A stretch of DNA of 64,000 nt. It comes from Botryllus schlosseri. Lineage: Eukaryota. Position 1 is the first letter of the stretch. Each line of letters opens with the position of its first letter. Location: NCBI GenBank assembly GCA_051294905.1, contig CM119377.1, forward strand, positions 10,664,001 to 10,728,000, written 5' to 3'. The notes under the pieces were generated by a model that had not been told where the DNA came from, searched no databases, and worked only from the letters and a program-made list of their open reading frames with translations. The translations under genes and the position numbers were made by a program. Positions 17,901 through 29,900 of the stretch are shown one piece after another.

Positions 17901-20900
17901 GGAATTGAACCAAATTTGGTGTGTAGGCTTAAATTAGGTAACCTAACAATTTTATCAAGTAGCCGGTACGATTGGAGAAAAAAAGTCATTTTTGAAGAGC
18001 CCTAGCTTACACTCGAGATATCAGCACTTCGAATCAGACATGCACAACATTTAATCAGAATGACAATGCTTGATATTGATCCCGGCTCGTTTTTTAGGAT
18101 CGTATGGAAATCGATGAACGTTCCGAATTCGATGTCTAAATCATATACCAATCAGTTTTTTCAAGTTAAAACCCATTGCCAGTGTCTGTTTAAAACTATG
18201 AAGTGTCCATATTGCGGCGATTTAACCCCCCTCCCCAATTTAACCCCCTCCCCGATTGTTATGTAATGCTCCGTATCCAAAGACAGAATTTATCATGTAC
18301 CGTGGGATAGCACGGTATCGTTTCACTTTCGGATGTCATTCATGGATTGCGTACACGCTGAAACTCTCTAATAGGATTAAAAGTATTAAATTTTGTAAAG
18401 GAAGGATTCCTGATGTCAGTTTAGCGTACAGTGTGCTGTGTGCTATTCTGCTCATTCGGGCTTCTCGCTGTGTCCAGCCGTAACCCTACTCCGATCGCCA
18501 CTATTGCGCGCAGCGACATAGCGCAGAAAAGCATGCACCAGTCCAGAGTATATCGCCTAATTTGATGCCAGCATAGCTTTCTGTGAAATATGCGCAAGTG
18601 GTCAGTAACGAAGTATGGCACTTCTACTTTTTGAGGTACTCAAGTAGGTTTTCCCTACTCGTATTACGTAATCAAGTGGTTATGATTTTTGGCTACTACA
18701 TATACTTCACTAATTACGGCATGACTTCTTCTTTTCCTTGAGTACCAACTTGAGTACTTAATTTCTATGGGAGTATGTCAACATGCGTAGCACTAGTAAG
18801 TTTTTTTTCAAGTTTGCGCTTAACGGCAATCCGATTTGCTGTTCAGTAAAGTCCTGAACTCCGAACAATGATTTTTATCGACAAATCTACTTCGACACGT
18901 ATGGATCTAGCTGAGTGTGCTATCCTCGATCCGTTGTTTTGCGAAAATCCGCGATGCGGTATTTCAACGCGCTACATACCCGGCGGAACCTACACGCGTC
19001 ACATCAATTGGATAAACTTGACACCGGTGTCGTGTAAGATAATACGCCCATTGTTTTTAGTGGGGGATTTATGCTGGTTCTCGAGAGCTGAGATCTCGAT
19101 GCAGCATTACGCGATTAAAGTCATAGATAAACCATAATTCGCGGTCTTGTTATGTTCTCAAGCGCTTATAGTGACGTAGCACTTGTCACCGTGTGCTGTA
19201 ATCCTTCGGAACAAAGATGGTAGTAATGAGATAACGAAGATGGGACTTTGTCTTAAAATTCCCGAACTATTCATTAAGCAGACTGTCGCAGACTGTTAGC
19301 GAAAGTCAAGTTTTTTTGTGTATCGCCGTTTGTTACATGGTTTCCCTATCGCCCTTACCGTAAATGTACTCGGGGCTGACAAAAATGACAAAGAATAGTC
19401 AAATATTACATCAATGTCTTTGATGTCGGCGGGTAATCAGTAGGTTTGATCGCACAAATGAAATCGTAAACGACGAACAAAAAGAGATAATTGTCTCTTT
19501 CGAGTTGGTTTCGAAATAACTTCAAAGACCAGAATTCCGTCTTCGCTAGTATATCGATGTTCTAAGGCTCAATTTGGTTGATTTTGCTCGTGTTATTACG
19601 CGATATACCGCGATTCGTATGTTTCGGTAATTCGTACGTAATTACCCCGTTTACTTGTTTTGCTTGTTCCATCTCGTTTCTTGTGCCGGTAGCTGCCAAG
19701 ATTTTTGTAGTTATGTGATACCTGTATTTCGAATTGCGTTTACATCGATCGAATGCGAACTCCAGTGACTTATTTCTCGCTGATTTATAGCTTTTCGAAA
19801 TTTTATGCTCCAAGCTAGACTACTTCCTCTTTGTTTAAGTCAAACCAACACACCTGCGGCTTTAATCTTTGCCATTAGGTCACGTATGGAATGGGTAAGG
19901 CGACGCCGTCATTCCATTGCGTTACATTCTAAATATAGCCACTGCGGCGCGGTACGTAAAGCGATGGTTTTCGCAGTAGCTTTTGTCCTTGGTTGAGTTA
20001 TCATTGCGTGCTACGCCAAGTCTTACTGAAGCATTTAATAGAAATCACATGCGCTGCATTTGTATCACGATTATTATCAAATAAATATCATTGTGGTTAT
20101 GGCACAATGGACAATTGGCACGTTTATTGATATAGATATCGCCGTATCGGGTATGAGATATTGTATGAATTGTCGTGTGCCGGTGTGTGGGTCCCTTATT
20201 TGTGAAAGATGGACGGATTTTATATTTGTGGATACGAATTCATGGCGTGTTTTGGTCTCAATTCAAAGTCCTATTCCGTTTGAATATCAATCAAATCTTG
20301 TTCAAATACAGTTCCATATCTTGCAGTTACGCAAATGCGCATGGAAACTGTAGATTCTAGAATCTTTCCCGAAGCCCATCCTGCTCTCAACAGTGGTGGC
20401 TGTCGCAAAATTCGTAAATCCTATTCCGACTGCAATCTTCAGATTAATTTATTCCGAGTCCACCCTCATCTCAATTGTATACATATGTATTACCTCCCCC
20501 GAATTATTTAATGAGCATGTCGTGACGAAACTAATCCCGTAAGCTTATAATCCATTGGTGTAATTATGGTCACGTGATTTTCGAACGCCCGAAATTCCAG
20601 AAATTCAATACTACATCGCTGTCTATAATATAGTTCATGCAAAGTAATATATAATTGCTGTCGAATCGTTATGTTTCAACAATCAGTACATTTCCTTGCT
20701 GCTAATGCAGTTCTGGATTGGTAGCGAGATCGAGACATTCTGGCAGTTCTGGCAATCCATTGATTGTCAGCCAGACGTAGTCCTTCACTCCGTAGCGGTT
20801 TGTAGCGCTATCTACGCCAGTGCCCAGTGCCACATCGTGAAAAAGTGAACAAAATGAGGATATAGTTGACTGATAACAATCTTAAAAATAATACCAATTC

Positions 20901-23900
20901 GTTGAAAGTTTTATCAAAATGTAGGGAGAAATGTTTCCGGATTTCCTATAGAAATAAACCCTTTGACCCCCTGAAGGCCTACAGTCGAGAACCGTTACAG
21001 TTACCACTATATCAATCGGCTTGTGCTCAATGCCTGCTTGGACTGGGCTGAATATACTGACAGTGCTAATCAAAGCGGAATATGGAAACGGTGACATTGT
21101 TAAAATCTGTTGCGAAATGGCTGCAGCAATCCTGGCGCCGTTGTAAGTCCAAACGAGCTTGCAAGTCGCCACGAACCGCATAAAATAATATCCGAGGTGT
21201 AACGCACTAGTGCTATTATTGAATTAGATCGTAATCAGATCATATAGGTCGTGGGTGGGTGTGCCTTCTCCTGTTGTATCTGTCGCCAGAGACCCTTTCT
21301 CATGTCTCAGAGATGTACTTGGTTCTGAAAGCGGCCGTACAAAGACATGCTTGATTCTTAATATGATTACAAACGGATCCCTGTATTAATAGGAAATGGT
21401 AATGCGTTTGCAAACGCCCATTGTCAAGCGTAAATGTATTGAAGTTATTGCGTGTGACCGCGATATATTCCACGCGTCTGTACAGTGTACACTGTGCGCA
21501 ATAGTTGTACTGAGGGGTGATGGCAGTTGAATGGTGAAACGGGTACTCTTTTAGAATTTTAGCTGTAAGGAAACAAAGGTAATGGACTAGTAGTGTTTTG
21601 TATACCTGCTCATAATGCTTTTTTTAAACGGGACGCGTTTTGTTTTATATACTCCTTTGTTGATCTTGAATTTGAATCTTGTGTGATGCGACAGATTCTA
21701 TTCGTAAGGACTGTTAAAAGTTATGCGATGACATGCACGTGTTTTAGAATGCACCTTGCTCAAAATCGGAACATTGCGCTATAGCAGCTAGCCAGCTAAG
21801 CGGTGTCATGAAGGACTATTTTTCTTCCCTCAACGAGATATCTATCAGTGCTGGCATACTGATTGAGTACTTGACTTCGAATATAGTATCCGATATGATA
21901 ATTAGAGTCCTGCAGTGAGAACCGATGTTATCGAATACCGAATTGTACGCACTTTATTAATTTATGGACGAAAATGGGCGCTGCGATATTTTTATTGCCG
22001 CTGCAGGAGCCTTGAAGTCTCGATAAGACAGCATGACATGCAATACATGTGTCTTTTATGGTAACGACGTTTCTTTACAATAGTGATCGACCTGTATTGT
22101 CTCCCATCGCAATGACATCACTGTCAGCAAATTTGGAATAATATTTACAAATATGTGTAACAGGCAATATTTACTTCGCGGTCTCATAGAAAGCGTGTAT
22201 TTGATTGAACAATGAACACTTCACGTCCCGCTTATTGGTATGACGTCATGAGTGGCACTCGGCACATCCCTGGATTTCATTGTCACCAATATTGCGATGC
22301 TTTGTGATTAAAGTCGCTTGGGATGGAGCGGGGCCCCGGATGGAGCTAGCACAATAACTGTATATATTACGGAATGTGACTGATAAACGCCGCTAGCTTG
22401 CCGTGATTGTAGCAGCGCTGCATCATTTTATCAAATATCTTAACTTCAGCTTCATTTCAGTTTTTGTCTCTTGTTCAATGTCGGGGCTGTAATAATTAAT
22501 CATGTTCTCCCAGAGGTGGTCCTATAGTAGCTATCATTGGCACTCAAGTGAAGGAACTTCGTAAATTTATACTCCATTAAAAGTAGAAGTAGCGATTTTC
22601 AAATACGTAAAAAAGTATGTATTCCATGTCACTTTGTGTCTTTAACGACTTGTTTACGTTGCGGTTACGGGTGTTATGCAACAATAGCAGTAATAATCGA
22701 TTGTTCGTGAGAGGCGGCGCAAGGCCACGATTGTTGATCGTGCCATCTGTCCGAATCTACTTGAGGAAAATTACAGATTGTCATTTCCGGTTGATGCACT
22801 TGGAAGTGATTATACGCCGCGGATGAAATGCGTGGCAAAAGTGAGCGCGGGTCGCGGTCGCACTCGATAATTTAGCATTTCACACCGCGGTCGCGCATAA
22901 CCCGTGGCTGATCGCGTTTAAGTGCCTGGGCTGACGTTGTCAAAATATTTCAATTGCTAACTTCAATAGGCGGTGTTGTCTTGGCCTGGTGTGTGATTTT
23001 TTGTTATAATTGTCGGTCGATTTTCGGTCTCCGATTATGTTTTGTTGTTATGTCGTTCGCCGATTTAAATTAGGTTATTGTCCGCGTCCGTTATCGACAC
23101 TTAGCGTGGTGGCGAGAGCCGAGAGATATGATGTAAGGTGCTAGTTAATACCGAGTTTGATACATTATTGTGTCCTCAATGTACCGCGCCCCTAAAAAAT
23201 ATTGAAATGAACTTTACCAATGTCGTCTTTTGTTCTGATTGGGTTATTTCTACCACAATTAACTGCGTGTATGGTGGCCGCACCAGATAGAGGTCTTGTA
23301 CAAATCCGATCTTGACTACCCCTGGCATCAGTAAAGAAGTATCTTTGTACGCGGTACGCCTTTTCCACTATATATCAACTCTAATAGCGTATGTTTGTCT
23401 CCACGTAATCAAGGGCAAACAGTTAGTTATCCCCCGAGGTTATCCGGCAGTGTTATTGCAATATTACTATTTCTTCCAGTATTCTGGCATGTGAATATGA
23501 TACACTGTTGTTAGAACTAGCTATGTGATGCTTTCGTTTCGTGCTGCTAAATTTACAGCCACGATGAAGTCGTGTATCAAACGTAAATATGGTTGTATTA
23601 GCGCGGAAAATAAGGTATCAGTACCCGAAATGTCCCGACGCAATTAGCTTCCACTTACGCTCCATCAGACAACTCTATTATTTTTGATTAGTTTTGTAGT
23701 GTTTGAGCATATGACCAATTTTCTCCGCGTGCCCGTGTTCAAACACGGCAGGTAATTGTCGAGATGTTCGACGTTTGAACTACTTCGCCACGTTACCGCT
23801 TTGATCTTGCTTCCTGCGCGGAATTGCGCCCCACGTTTTAACACCAGATTATACAACGTCAACGTTCAGTATACACGGTCTTATGACCTGATTTCCTAAG

Positions 23901-26900
23901 CTTTATCGGCGTGCGTTAGTTCATGTGGAATAATGATTATTCGTGTAGGTGGAATAGTACTAGCTCGCAAGGTCTTACTGCGAAATGTGAAATTCTAAGT
24001 CAAGATTAAGTGATTAGAAGCAAGCCTCCATGTTCAGTATGCTGTTTCCTTTTCAGAGCTTGGAAAGCGTCGCTAATTTGAATAACAACAACGACACGGC
24101 AGACGGCAATAAAGAGGACTTTCCGGCCTTGAATTTCACGGAATGGGTAAGTGACAGATCTTTAACTAAATCAACTAGCGCACGCAGTAATGAAGTCCTA
24201 CTTTTTTGAAGTTGCCTACTGAAGTAGGTTTTGCTTAATTGCTTGATTACTTCTACTTCTACCTGTACATGAGTACTGTACTGACGCTGAACTACACCTT
24301 TGGTTGGTTATCTGTATACTTGACCTCGAATTCCCAATATCTTTCAGGCCCATCTCTGGATTCAAGTGGTGAGCGACCTGCGCGTGGGCGTTAAACTGAA
24401 GAAGCTGGAAGGTTGCGCGCGCAACCGCGAATTCGAGCTGACTCCGTACGAGATCCTGATGTCAGACATCAAGCAGAGGAATTACCGCTTGAAAAAGGTA
24501 AGCGGGTTCGCGCGATTGTATCCCCCGGGGCATTGGCCGTTCGATTTTTGACGCCGGATTTTGTTGCGCGCAGATCGCGGTGAACGGGGGGGCGCCTAGG
24601 AGGATCAGTCAGGATCCCCACGAGGTTATACTGGAATTTATAAGGTCGCGGCCCACCTTGAAACCGGTGAGTTTTTCAAGTGTCTGTGTTTCGATGTTGC
24701 CTTGCTGTGATTATAATATCGATAAAAGTATCCGACCCATCGAGCAACTTTACTTTTGAAACTATTTACGCGAGTATTTTCAGATCTTTATATCCTACTT
24801 GAAGTAGTTTTGACATGTCTTTGGGAATGCTACTTCTACATGCAATTAATTATGTATTTAAGACATTACTTCTACTTCAGGACCAATGCTTGACCACCTT
24901 GACCTCCTATGATAGATAGTTTTTGAAATCTGTGCGTTTAGGTGTCGTCTAGCTTTGTAGCCTAAAGATTAAAAGATTAAGTATCTCAAATCTCAATCGC
25001 GGATACTGTCTACAATGCAGCGTACGTGGTACGTTTGCAACTTCCTTGTTTTGCTGTGTTTGAAAACCCTGTTGAATTTTGTGTGTATTTTTGCTATGCT
25101 CTATCATTCATCAATCTGTTTTATCATACATCGCGTCAACGTGAGTTGCTTAAAGCCGCCATAAAATTCCTACACTGATTTCTGATACCTACAGAAGGTA
25201 CTCCATTGAGATTCTTTGTTATCATTCGGCCCTCTGGGGTTGTCTTACTATCATCATACTATGGTTGAACTTTTGCGCTATTGACATTATGACGTCAAAA
25301 TACGATTACGTACGTCATCATTTCTGAATATTTCCGCGACGCAACCGGGAAGTCGCTGTATATTTTATGGCTCGATCACACACAATCAAACATTCCAACG
25401 CGCGGTTTTGTTCTCACTCCAACCACAGCCACAGGGTGGCCACACTGAACAAAACAGTGAACAGGCTGCGCGAGTCCAGTAACCGCGCGAAAGTTTGTCT
25501 CCAGCGAAGCTTTCGGCTGACTATGCACAGGAATAGTTTGCAGAACTGGAATAATGTATGATTTCGAAGAGACGCTGATTTCATTGGTCAGGCAGCATGT
25601 GCATTTATATGACCAATCGACAAAGTCCTACAGGAAGTCTTCTCTTCGTGAATAGAGCTGGACAAGCATTGGCAAGGCCTTGAACATACCAGGTGAGAAA
25701 TGAAATATTGTCTACTGTTATGTCTATCTTATCTTTTAATTAATTGTCGTACAGCAGAAGAGGCTAAAGCTAAATGGGACTCTTTAAGGCAGAAGTACAT
25801 GAGGAATCGCCGTGATGGGAAGAGACTGAAGAAAAGTGGAGCAGGGGCAAGCTTTATCAGTGAGTGGCCCCTTCAGAAGCAGATGGCTTTCATCGAACCG
25901 TATGTGCAGTCAAGAACGTAAGTTTGGTTCGCATACCATACCATCTTCCTTTCTTCGAATTGTCCTTGTTTCATCTCATTTTCAATAAAACACGAAACTT
26001 CCATCTTCGCCGTTATATTTATTTAATTTATCGTTCATCAAATAACCTATGCCTATATGTTCATTATATCGCAATCAGTGTATTTATATTTGATGAAAAT
26101 GTTATCAAGGGGATGATTAGGCCGTATGATGAATAATATTACGAGTCTATGAAATCATTGACTACCGATTTTCTCGCACACATTACAAATTCACTTCTTT
26201 TTGCAGGACATCCAGTAACATGGATAAAACGATCATGATCGAGTTAGTACAGGAGGAACCCGTTTCTGCAGATTTAGATCCTGAAGCTGAAGCTATCGAG
26301 GCTCAATCAAATTCTACGGATCTGGAATCTACCGGGGACGTGTTGTTATCTCCTACACAAGAAAGCTATAGCTCTCCCTTGCCATCAGTCTCTTCAAAAA
26401 ACTCAAGCCGCCTATCAGTCTCTTCAAAAATATCAAGCCTATCTTCAACACAGAACACAAGCATGACTCCCGCGAGAAAGCGTACGGAGGTGCTAGACGA
26501 CTTTGATTCGCTTGTTCTCAAACACTTGAAACAAGATTCTGATGAACTCGACTACTTTGCCAGATTTATCACAGGATCAATGAAAATCATCGAAGAACCT
26601 AAGAGATCTGAAGTGATAGAAGAAATTACGCAGTGTATTTCGAAGGCGAAACGTAATGTTCTAACTGCACAACAAATCAATACATGTACTCAGTGAATTC
26701 AGCTGTAATGTTTTCATTGAACAACAAACCAATACATGTACTCAGTGAATTCAACATGTACTCAGTGAATTCAGTTTCAGTGAATGATTGGATGACTATT
26801 GAAATAGTCGGTGTAGGCATTTCGAACGTTTTTTGCAATAGTAGTGGAATTTCCAGTATAATGATCCATCGAACGATCCTCAGGAATGATATCATCCGTA

Positions 26901-29900
26901 GAAGATTCGGTATAGTTGGGCGTATGTTTGAGCAGAAAATTGTGGAGACAACAAATTGCCTTGACCATGTTATCCACATTTTCGACCTTTAGGGGGACAG
27001 GCTTTAGTAGAATCCGGAAACGTTGGACGAGGATGCCAAACGCATTCTCCACGACACGCCGTGCCCGAGATAGTCGTTTATTATAAACTTATCTCGGTTG
27101 GGCCAGGTATTTTCCAGGGTATGGTCTCATCAGGTGATATGATAGGGGGAAGGCTTCATCGCCAACAAATACATATGGCAACGGAGGCTTTCCTGGCTCA
27201 ACTTCCCGATCTGCAGGTAGCTGCAGTTCATTTGCAGCTAGTGCACGCCCAAATGGTGAATCGCGGAAAATTCCTCCATCCGAGGCGATATGATCCAGCG
27301 ATTGTTCTGAATGAGTCCCCATGCGCGAGAAATCTCAAAGTGACAGCCAATCTTTCCTCTACAGAAACAGCTTTCCTCCAGTTGGTATCGAGTTTGGCGA
27401 TATCTTCTCCAATCAGTTGGATTAGATAATGAAACTGCTGTGGTTTCATCCGAAAGTAGTCGAAATAATGCGCTTCTCTTTCTAATTCATATTCCTTGAC
27501 CAACCTGTGATATTCTCCTAGCTGTTCCCGCCGTTGTAAAATAGGATGCACCCAGATCGATCTGGCCTGCATCTTTTTTTTCAATCTTCTTCGAATGCAC
27601 AAAATTGCCAAGGCTTTCTTCTGATCAGGAGTTAATATCATACTGCAAGATATAAATACACTGCAAGGTATAAATACAGAGTCATTGATGTGATATGAAG
27701 ATACAGAGGTACCCGCAACTCTGCCCAAAGCAAATGTACCACAGCACACAGATTTGTACTAACTACTGGATTTGAAAAATGCGCAACTACCGGTATAGAA
27801 CTACTTAATTATCAAAATGGGTAGTTTGTTCAAATCAGACTAGTTATATTACACCAATCGCTATGCAACAACATCACCAAAAGCCTTCTGTCTTTCTTGT
27901 CTAGTACCACAATCGCCATTCACATGCATCGCTCACTGCCCTCGTACGATATGTCAGCACGACAACCACAGCAACAAAATAGGTACCATCGCCCTCTCGT
28001 CGCATCGTCATTCGGACGGAATCGCGCTCGCGATCATTAAGATAAAGATACAAAGAAATGCTCCGCCGCATCGATCGCTGTTGATCTGGTCGCATTGTGT
28101 GTGATCGACCCTTCACTGCCACGAATTTGGCTTGCCCAACGCACGATAGCTCACCCACACGTGTTCAAAATGTTCGGTGTATACAAAATAATCTATTTTT
28201 GGAGTAGGTTCATTTTACACGCATTTATGCCATCCTTTAGTGACATTGGACACCCAACGCGTAGTCGATGCGACAATATATCCGTCATTTTCATACGCGG
28301 CCGCGTACTTGGTCGCGGTATGTATGGTATTGCGTCATTGAAATTGTCAGCAGAATGTCACAATATTATTCGGTGTCAGTTTGCGTTCGATTTTGGGTTG
28401 AAATCGTGTTTATTTACAGCCGCGCCGAGTCCATTTGTAACGCAAAACACAAATTTAATGACTACTCAAATTTTAGTGATTGCTTTGTGCGCATTGCCAC
28501 GCCTTTTTCCGAAGCGATTATTGCTAGCGTTAACTATTTATGATATTCCAACCGGTAACGAGATAGTAATGCTTATTCTGGTTTAGATTAAAAATCGCAT
28601 ACTCGGGCCTCCGCCGCCTCGGTCCAAGTCGCTACACGAACTGTTGCTGGAACAGATCCAAGAGCCACCGTTGCCGTTACGTCACGTCCGCCCGCCGCCG
28701 GAATCGCCTTTGATGAAGAGAATCGACGACTGTCACGGCTTTATGACGTCGGCGCGGTCTTACGACGATATGCTGAGTGAGTAGAATCGCCAATGTTTTC
28801 CGCTAATTTTTTGCATCGTGTTGTTGGATTTGGCCATTTGGGCTTTAGTTAAAGATTTTGGTATCCTGTATTTTTGTGGGGTTAAATCGGTGCCGGCATT
28901 TTCTCGAGTAATCCGGCAAGGAATTTTGCGACGCTTGACTTTTGAGAGTGCCAGACCGAGTAATTCGGGATTTCGGATAAGCAGTGGTGATAACTGCTTT
29001 ACCCCTGGACATAATGGCGTCTGCCGCAGTCTCGAGCGCTTCGCCAACTGTATTTCACTTTATTCACAATTGCGAAATTTGAGAGCTTGAAGGCTTGTCC
29101 CTCAATTACGAAATAAAACGCCTGATTTTGAACAGATTTAGAAAATTAGAAGTCTTCCTGATATATTTACGACTTGTACGCGGCTGCTTCGCAATGCTGT
29201 GAGTGTTGTGAGAAACCTTTTGAAATAAGCATACAATTCGTTTGGGACCAGTAATATGTGGAAGCATGGCCTACTAGGCCATGGTGGAAGCTAAATCGAC
29301 TTTTTTAAACGACATTTTATCGATATTGACAGTAGAACAGGCAGCGAAGTCGCATGCCATTGAAAAGAAACCAAACAGCAATCGAGTTGGTGGCTTCTAC
29401 GGGACTCTCTGCCTTGCAGAATAATAGGTTTACTATCAAAAAGACTCCAACAAATTTCTCACTGCAATAAACTTTCAATGACGAAATTTTACCGGACCGC
29501 ACGCTAAAAAGGCTAAGAACCAGTTATCCACAGCCCTGATGCTGTAAACCAGTGTTTTTAGGCCCAAATCGGGATGAAATTACTGTTGTGGCCGGTCTTA
29601 CATGGGCAGGCTCACACCTCTGTACCGGAAAGTAATGTCACACATAAAATAGCGTAATGCAGGCGGATATTTCTTATTAGTCCTTCCATTACAGCTGTTT
29701 TAACTGCGTTTCCTATTTAAACATCCGCGCTGCTGTGGTGTCGCAGGCGTAATTGGAAATTAACAGTTTCCGATTGTAAGAAACGCGGCGCTGATTGCAG
29801 ATATAGCAGCTCCGTTTTGTGACGACGCCAATTTGCCGGATTACTGCGCGATCCGCTTCACCTGCGAGCTTATAATTACCGGTTTTATGACGTAAGAAAC

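Larger units (their letters stand above)
25368..28112. mobile_element. Defective PIF/Harbinger transposon (two convergent genes) in Spire intron 6
   Basis: 19-bp TIR TGGCTCGATCACACACAAT / ATTGTGTGTGATCGACCCT (2 mismatches); flanks TTA and TCA (degenerate TWA TSD); encloses a MADF gene and a DDE_Tnp_4-type transposase. Confidence 0.88.

Noticed and set aside
20882-21181. 99-aa minus ORF and a plus-strand exon-like block ending in GTAAGT
   Set aside because: Phase 0-2 does not fit the Spire chain; no homology recognised.
24185-24900. AGAGGT-family fragments pointing inward around Spire exons 5-6, as if the exons were inside a MITE
   Set aside because: The left piece lacks its terminus, there is no TSD, the family is abundant here, and the exons are conserved Spire sequence; independent insertions are simpler.
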